A DNA stretch of 64,000 bases from Desulfomonilia bacterium (GTDB lineage Bacteria; Desulfobacterota; Desulfomonilia; UBA1062): the NCBI GenBank assembly GCA_050014195.1, contig JBEKDT010000010.1, positions 64,001 through 128,000 on the forward strand. The letters are read 5' to 3'. The notes below the pieces were generated by a model. It was not told the DNA's origin and made no database searches. It was given only the letters and a program-made list of their open reading frames with translations. The translations under genes and the position numbers were made by a program. Each line of letters begins with the position of its first letter. Within the stretch, counting starts at the first letter, position 1. Shown piece after piece: positions 59,132 through 64,000 of the stretch.

Positions 59132-59851
59132 ATGGGCTTTGAATCGAGCATGACAATAAATTCTCCCCAGATGCGTAAGTTTGTAAGCGTGTTTATCCTC
59201 TCTCTCATTGGATTTTTCTCCATCATGGGGATCTTCAGTTATATCGATCCCTACCCTCTTAAGGACTGGATTCATCTGAGAATTATGATCAAGAATATTG
59301 GGGTATCCGGAGCCCTGCTCTTCGTTTTCTGTGTGGCCATAATGCCTCTGGCCGCCCCTTTAAGCCTGCTTATCATGGCAGGGTCATCGGCATATGGGGC
59401 ACCTTTGGGCATGGCTCTTTCATATGTCGGATGCCTGATAAATGCAAATCTTGCATTCTTTATCGTGAAGACACTCGGCGTGGAAGAAGGCTGGGGGCAC
59501 GGCAAGAAGACACACCGGGTCAAGAGCGCTATCCAAAAAAACGGTTATGTCCTTGTCCTCATGCTCCAAATGATGACTATTATCCCTTTTACCGCAATAA
59601 ACTCGGCCGCTGCAGCCTCCGGTGTGTGCTGGCGTGATTTCATGAAGGCCACCATCTTCGGTATTGTGCCGAGCATAACCCTATTTTCATTGATCGGGCA
59701 CATGGTCCTTGCACACTTCTTTACTCCGCGGTTCTATTTTTCATTCATCTGTGCGGTGGTATTCGTTATCATCTTTATCACGCTCATAAAGAAGAATGCC
59801 CAGATGAGAAACAAAACTCTCAATGAGGCTTTGGAAGAAGAGGCCCTCTGA
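59132..59851 (+). CDS. TVP38/TMEM64 (VTT/DedA) membrane protein
   Basis: Hydrophobic pattern, IPFTAIN, F..ATIFGIVP; start uncertain. Confidence 0.75.
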   Translation: MGFESSMTINSPQMRKFVSVFILSLIGFFSIMGIFSYIDPYPLKDWIHLRIMIKNIGVSGALLFVFCVAIMPLAAPLSLLIMAGSSAYGAPLGMALSYVGCLINANLAFFIVKTLGVEEGWGHGKKTHRVKSAIQKNGYVLVLMLQMMTIIPFTAINSAAAASGVCWRDFMKATIFGIVPSITLFSLIGHMVLAHFFTPRFYFSFICAVVFVIIFITLIKKNAQMRNKTLNEALEEEAL

Positions 59852-60448
59852 AAAATCAGGAAAGTAGTCTAACACCCCTTTGGCGGAATTCTTAAAGGTG
59901 TCCCCAAAGACCCGCTCCGACAACTCCTGATCCACCCGCAATGGGATTACGCCCTGCATGAGAAGAAAACCTTCTTTTTTGGCAAGTGCCAGGCCCATGA
60001 TCTTGTTTTCTCCTATCACGAGCTCTGCGGGTGATGGCCTGGAAAAACATATCGGTGAGAATGCATGGCGGCCGCCTTTTACCTCTGTCTCGATACCGCA
60101 GCCTCGGAATGTGCTTTTCATTACATGCGAGATGTTTCTGGAACACTCCAATATGCCCCCGGAAAGGGCCCCGATTTGAGGTGTGCTGATGCTGAAAGTA
60201 ATGTCGTCAAAATGGAGCACGGCCCCCCCGCCGGTGGGCCGCCGAATGATAGGGATACCAAGGGATGGGTCGTTAACGGCAAAGGATTTCTGGTGAAAGC
60301 CGGTCGTCAGGGCAGGTTCAGTCCAGTTGTAAAAACGTAAACTACCTGAAATAGATCCGAGTCTGACTGCATCGAAGAGATCGAGGTCTTTTTTCATGGT
60401 AAGACCGGGAGGGCACCTCCCATCGGAGCGGAGTTGCCATGTGATCAT
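59741..60448 (-). CDS. Lipoate-protein ligase / octanoyltransferase family
   Basis: M..D..L, LRFYNW, RRPTGGGAVLH, CF, KI.G. Confidence 0.82.
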   Translation of the reverse strand: MITWQLRSDGRCPPGLTMKKDLDLFDAVRLGSISGSLRFYNWTEPALTTGFHQKSFAVNDPSLGIPIIRRPTGGGAVLHFDDITFSISTPQIGALSGGILECSRNISHVMKSTFRGCGIETEVKGGRHAFSPICFSRPSPAELVIGENKIMGLALAKKEGFLLMQGVIPLRVDQELSERVFGDTFKNSAKGVLDYFPDFSEGLFFQSLIESFVSHLGILLYERDKDDNEYHRTDE

Positions 60449-60858
60449 AGCTCCTCAATGATGAAGAGCTGGTCTCCGTATCCCACCCGATCGCCGTCCT
60501 GCTTGAGGATAGCAGCCACGGTCCCGTCTACATGCGATTCGATTTCGTTCATGAGCTTCATGGCCTCGATCACGCACAGGACCTGGTTCTTGGCCACCCG
60601 GTCACCTACCTGTACATACGAGGATGTTTCCGGGGACGGGGATCTGTAGAACGTTCCCACCAGAGGCGAAGTCACAGTAACGGTGTGCTTTTCCTTCATG
60701 CTTATGCTGGTGCGGTCGTTATCATGAGGTCTTGAAGGGGCCGATTCATACTGGCTGGATCTCCGGATGATGTGAATACGCTCCGGTGTCCAGTCGAGTT
60801 CCACCACATCGGTGTCCTTGATGAGCTCAATAAGATCCTTGACGGTTTTTAAATTCAT
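60445..60858 (-). CDS. accB: Acetyl-CoA carboxylase biotin carboxyl carrier protein
   Basis: SPLVGTFYRSP, IEAMKLMNEI. Confidence 0.95.
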   Translation of the reverse strand: MNLKTVKDLIELIKDTDVVELDWTPERIHIIRRSSQYESAPSRPHDNDRTSISMKEKHTVTVTSPLVGTFYRSPSPETSSYVQVGDRVAKNQVLCVIEAMKLMNEIESHVDGTVAAILKQDGDRVGYGDQLFIIEEL

Positions 60859-61422
60859 TCAGCTCACTCTTTCGATATAGTACCCTGTCCTGGTGTCAAC
60901 CTTGACCACCTCGCCCGTACTGACAAACAGGGGGACCTGAATGGTGATGCCGGTTTCAAGCTTGGCAGGCTTTGAGCCGCCGGATGCAGTGTTGCCTTTC
61001 AGGCCGGGGTCGGTCTCGATAATCTTGAGATTGAGGAACATAGGCAGCTCAACACCTATTGCCTTACCATTGTGCAGGAGAACATCCACCTCCACGTTCT
61101 CTTTGATGTAGCCCAGTGCATCCCCTATCTGGTCTTTGGTGAGCGTCATCTGATCATAGGTCTGCGTGTCCATGAAACAATATCCTGTTTCGTCCTGGTA
61201 CAGGAACGACATCTTCTTTTCTTCCAGATCCGGGACATCCACCTTATCGCCCGACCGGAATGTTTTATCAAGGACATTACCGGTTATCAGGCTCTTCATC
61301 TTCGTCCGCACGAAGGCCCCGCCCTTGCCGGGCTTCACGTGCTGGAAATCGACGATGGTAAAGGGCTCTCCTTCTAACTCGATCTTCAAGTTCTTCCTGA
61401 ACTGTGCTGTTGAATACTGCAT
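60859..61422 (-). CDS. efp: Elongation factor P
   Basis: HVKPGKGGAFVR, KPAKLETG, VDTRTG.Y. Confidence 0.98.
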   Translation of the reverse strand: MQYSTAQFRKNLKIELEGEPFTIVDFQHVKPGKGGAFVRTKMKSLITGNVLDKTFRSGDKVDVPDLEEKKMSFLYQDETGYCFMDTQTYDQMTLTKDQIGDALGYIKENVEVDVLLHNGKAIGVELPMFLNLKIIETDPGLKGNTASGGSKPAKLETGITIQVPLFVSTGEVVKVDTRTGYYIERVS

Positions 61423-61434
61423 GCAACCTCACCT

Positions 61435-62496
61435 CTAGCTGAAAGTTCTGATGGTTTCCTTATCAAGATTTGTAAGGCGCTTGCAAGAATTATCTGTTAC
61501 AAACACCATGTCTTCAAGCCTTATACCGAATTGATCGGGGATATATACTCCGGGTTCTATGGTAATGACCATGCCTTCCACCAGTATATCCTCAGACAGG
61601 GGCGAAACAGCGGGTGACTCATGAACCTCCATGCCCACCCCATGTCCCAGCCCATGGCCGAAAAAGGCTCCAAGCCCGTGAGTTCCAAGATAGTCACGGG
61701 CTATCTTGTCGATATCCGAGGCCTTCACGCCGGAGGCTAAAGCCTTTATGGAGCGATCCTGTGCTTCTTTCACCCGTAAATACATATCTTGAAAGGAACC
61801 GCCCGGATTACCCGTTGTCACGGTGACGGTCTGGTCCGAGCAATACCCCTTGTAGATGCATCCGAAATCGACAACCACTGCTTCATTCTTGCTTATTACC
61901 TTATCCGACGCGGCTCCATGAGGCATGGCAGAGCGTGGGCCTGATGCAACAATGAGCTCGAATGAGGCTGCACTTGCACCGCGGCTCCTCATTTCCCATT
62001 CAAGATCAAGTGCCACATCCTGCTCGCGCCGTCCTATAAGTCCCCTGGAAAGTACTGCCTTAAGCGACTCTTCAGATATATGTGCCGCCTCTTTTATCAT
62101 ATCGACTTCATCGATGTCTTTAATAGCGCGCAGTGTTTTGAGCTGACCTCCCAGGGGGGTCATTTCAATGCCCTTGAAGATGTCTTTCATTTTCATGAAG
62201 CTGTCGAGGTCCAGTATGTTCGATTCGATCCCTAAAGACTTGACACCTTCATCCTGAAGCACGGCATATATGCCTTCATCGCGTTTGGTAATCTCATGGA
62301 CCTCGGCATGAGTCTCCTGCCGGGCCTGGAGGGTGTTGCGGGAGTCTACAAAGAGAAAGTCCTTGTCTTCCGTAAAGACATATACGGCATCCGAGCCGGA
62401 ATATCGGCTTAAATACGTAATGCTGGGCCGGGACAGCAACAAGATGGCTTCCAGGCCCTTGAGAAAGTGACGTGCTCTACTGAGCCTTCTTTCCAT
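61435..62496 (-). CDS. Xaa-Pro peptidase (M24 family)
   Basis: PHG, DFG....Y.SD.T, HGLGHGVGMEVHE, TIEPG.Y, GIRLED. Confidence 0.92.
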   Translation of the reverse strand: MERRLSRARHFLKGLEAILLLSRPSITYLSRYSGSDAVYVFTEDKDFLFVDSRNTLQARQETHAEVHEITKRDEGIYAVLQDEGVKSLGIESNILDLDSFMKMKDIFKGIEMTPLGGQLKTLRAIKDIDEVDMIKEAAHISEESLKAVLSRGLIGRREQDVALDLEWEMRSRGASAASFELIVASGPRSAMPHGAASDKVISKNEAVVVDFGCIYKGYCSDQTVTVTTGNPGGSFQDMYLRVKEAQDRSIKALASGVKASDIDKIARDYLGTHGLGAFFGHGLGHGVGMEVHESPAVSPLSEDILVEGMVITIEPGVYIPDQFGIRLEDMVFVTDNSCKRLTNLDKETIRTFS

Positions 62497-62923
62497 ACAG
62501 CTCCCATACGGCCTCAACAGCAAGCTCATAGCCCAGAGGACCGAACCCTGAAATGGTTCCAGCCGCAACGTCTGAGAAATAATTGACCTGACGGAAGGGC
62601 TCACGGGCAGACACCTTGCTCAGGTGCACCTCGATGAAAGGGAGGCCGACAGCAAGCAGGGCATCCCTTAAAGCTATTGATGTGTGGGTGTATCCGCCCG
62701 GGTTGATGATAAATGCAGTGATACCCAGGGATGGGGCTTTATGGATTGTGTCGATGAGATCGCCTTCATGGTTCGTTTGGTAGAAATCCACTTCGGCACC
62801 AATGGTGAAGGCCTTACGTCTCACGATACCTTCGATATCATCAAGGCTCGTAGTGCCGTAGATGGATGTCTCTCTGGAACCAAGCAGGTTCAGATTGGGG
62901 CCGTTGATTACCATGATCTTCAT
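62477..62923 (-). CDS. aroQ: Type II 3-dehydroquinate dehydratase
   Basis: NGPNLNLLG.RE..IYG, INPGGYTHTS, EVHLS. Confidence 0.96.
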   Translation of the reverse strand: MKIMVINGPNLNLLGSRETSIYGTTSLDDIEGIVRRKAFTIGAEVDFYQTNHEGDLIDTIHKAPSLGITAFIINPGGYTHTSIALRDALLAVGLPFIEVHLSKVSAREPFRQVNYFSDVAAGTISGFGPLGYELAVEAVWELYGKKAQ

Positions 62924-63450
62924 TTTTTTAACCTCTCAAGCCAGCCTTGCAGGGTCTTCATAATAAAGAGGTCCTGGGTATCGCTGGCTTCCTGTCGAAC
63001 CAGATCATCAAGTCCGTTCATTTCTTTAACCTGGCCGTAGATATCGAGGGCCTGCTCGTAATGACCTTGCTGTGCATATACCTTAGCGAGCTCAAGAGAT
63101 GGCTCATTTACAAGCACTTCATGAGCCTCAGGTTTTTCCAGCAAATCGCGTGCCTCATCATCTTCGGGATAGAATGTAAGGTATTTCTGGAGGCAGGCCT
63201 TTGCCTGGGCATCATCATCACGCTGATGGTAGATGAGTCCCAGATAATAAAAAGACTTCATCAAGCCCTGGGCTAGACCTGCAATCTTTTCCAAGACATC
63301 AAGGGCCTCGCCATACCTGCCGATCTTGTACAGGGATATTCCGAGCAGAAGACGGTCTTCAGGGTTTTTGCGAGATTTGGTTGCCCGGACAACGTCCAGG
63401 AACCTTCCCTCATCAAAGGCCTTCTTCACATTCTCTGACGAAACGGCCAT
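62920..63450 (-). CDS. Tetratricopeptide repeat protein
   Basis: TPR-like helices, LAKVYAQQGHYEQAL; between aroB and aroQ. Confidence 0.75.
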   Translation of the reverse strand: MAVSSENVKKAFDEGRFLDVVRATKSRKNPEDRLLLGISLYKIGRYGEALDVLEKIAGLAQGLMKSFYYLGLIYHQRDDDAQAKACLQKYLTFYPEDDEARDLLEKPEAHEVLVNEPSLELAKVYAQQGHYEQALDIYGQVKEMNGLDDLVRQEASDTQDLFIMKTLQGWLERLKK

Positions 63451-64000
63451 AAGCACCTAATATTTGAGAACTAGTAAGCTTTTTAACGGTAGCATCACCA
63501 ATGGCAGGAGTCAACACAAAGTAGAGGCCATCCTTGACACCCTTTTTATCCGTGACGAGTGCACTGCTGATCTCATCTAGTTGAGGATACGGAAAATCAT
63601 GAAGGGTATATGCCCATTTATTTATGAGCCGGAAGATTCGTTCCATATCCTTAGCGTTGATGAGTCCAAGCTCGCGTGACAGCCAGGATGCAAAAAACAT
63701 CCCGGCGGCCACTGCCCTGCCATGGCTTACTTCAAAGTTGCGGGCAAGCTCGATTGCATGGCCCAGGGTATGGCCGAAGTTCAGAATCCTCCGCAGACCA
63801 CCCTCCCGTTCATCCTTGCTCACAACAAAGGCCTTATCACGTGCACACAAATTCACAATTTTCTCATAATCAAGCTCATTCGCATTTTCTAGCTCGTCGA
63901 AGAGGTCCTTATCCATGATAATGCCGTACTTAATGACCTCGGCCATGGCTTCTTTTATGTGGAGCGGTTCAAGTGTACTAAGGAAGTCAATGTCGCTGAG
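63413..64000 (-). CDS. aroB: 3-dehydroquinate synthase, 5'-truncated by window edge
   Basis: AEVIKYG, DERE.GLR.ILNFGHTLGHAIE, HG.AVA.G, DKK. Confidence 0.95.
   Translation of the reverse strand, partial: LSDIDFLSTLEPLHIKEAMAEVIKYGIIMDKDLFDELENANELDYEKIVNLCARDKAFVVSKDEREGGLRRILNFGHTLGHAIELARNFEVSHGRAVAAGMFFASWLSRELGLINAKDMERIFRLINKWAYTLHDFPYPQLDEISSALVTDKKGVKDGLYFVLTPAIGDATVKKLTSSQILGAYGRFVRECEEGL

Overview
Bacterial chromosome segment; gene content and style suggest an anaerobic deltaproteobacterium (Desulfobacterota/Syntrophales-like; inference only). Housekeeping blocks (rlmD-nadK-recN-GNAT-pmbA-secA-argJ; mutL-miaA-ttcA-Sua5/YciO-rne/rng; aroB-TPR-aroQ-M24 peptidase-efp-accB-lipoate ligase) alternate with two accessory regions. 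The first (about 8.9-22.4 kb) holds surface and repeat proteins plus an orphan HTH gene with twin operators. The second (about 29-52 kb) ends at tRNA-Val(CAC). It contains an AraC-linked catabolic cluster built around a RuBisCO-like protein, followed by two stacked islands bounded by degenerate copies of the tRNA 3' end (41295 and 50111). The AT-rich part of the larger island carries the best candidate for an undescribed system: a stand-alone YIDD (G2L4-like) reverse transcriptase behind a ~200-nt highly structured leader/ncRNA, with a promoter overlapped by tandem NrdR-box-like sites, and a co-oriented KAP NTPase with a PilZ-like tail downstream. The same island carries a probable unannotated membrane selenoprotein (UGA + SECIS-like hairpin). 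All calls come from reading motifs by eye; no searches or folding programs were run.
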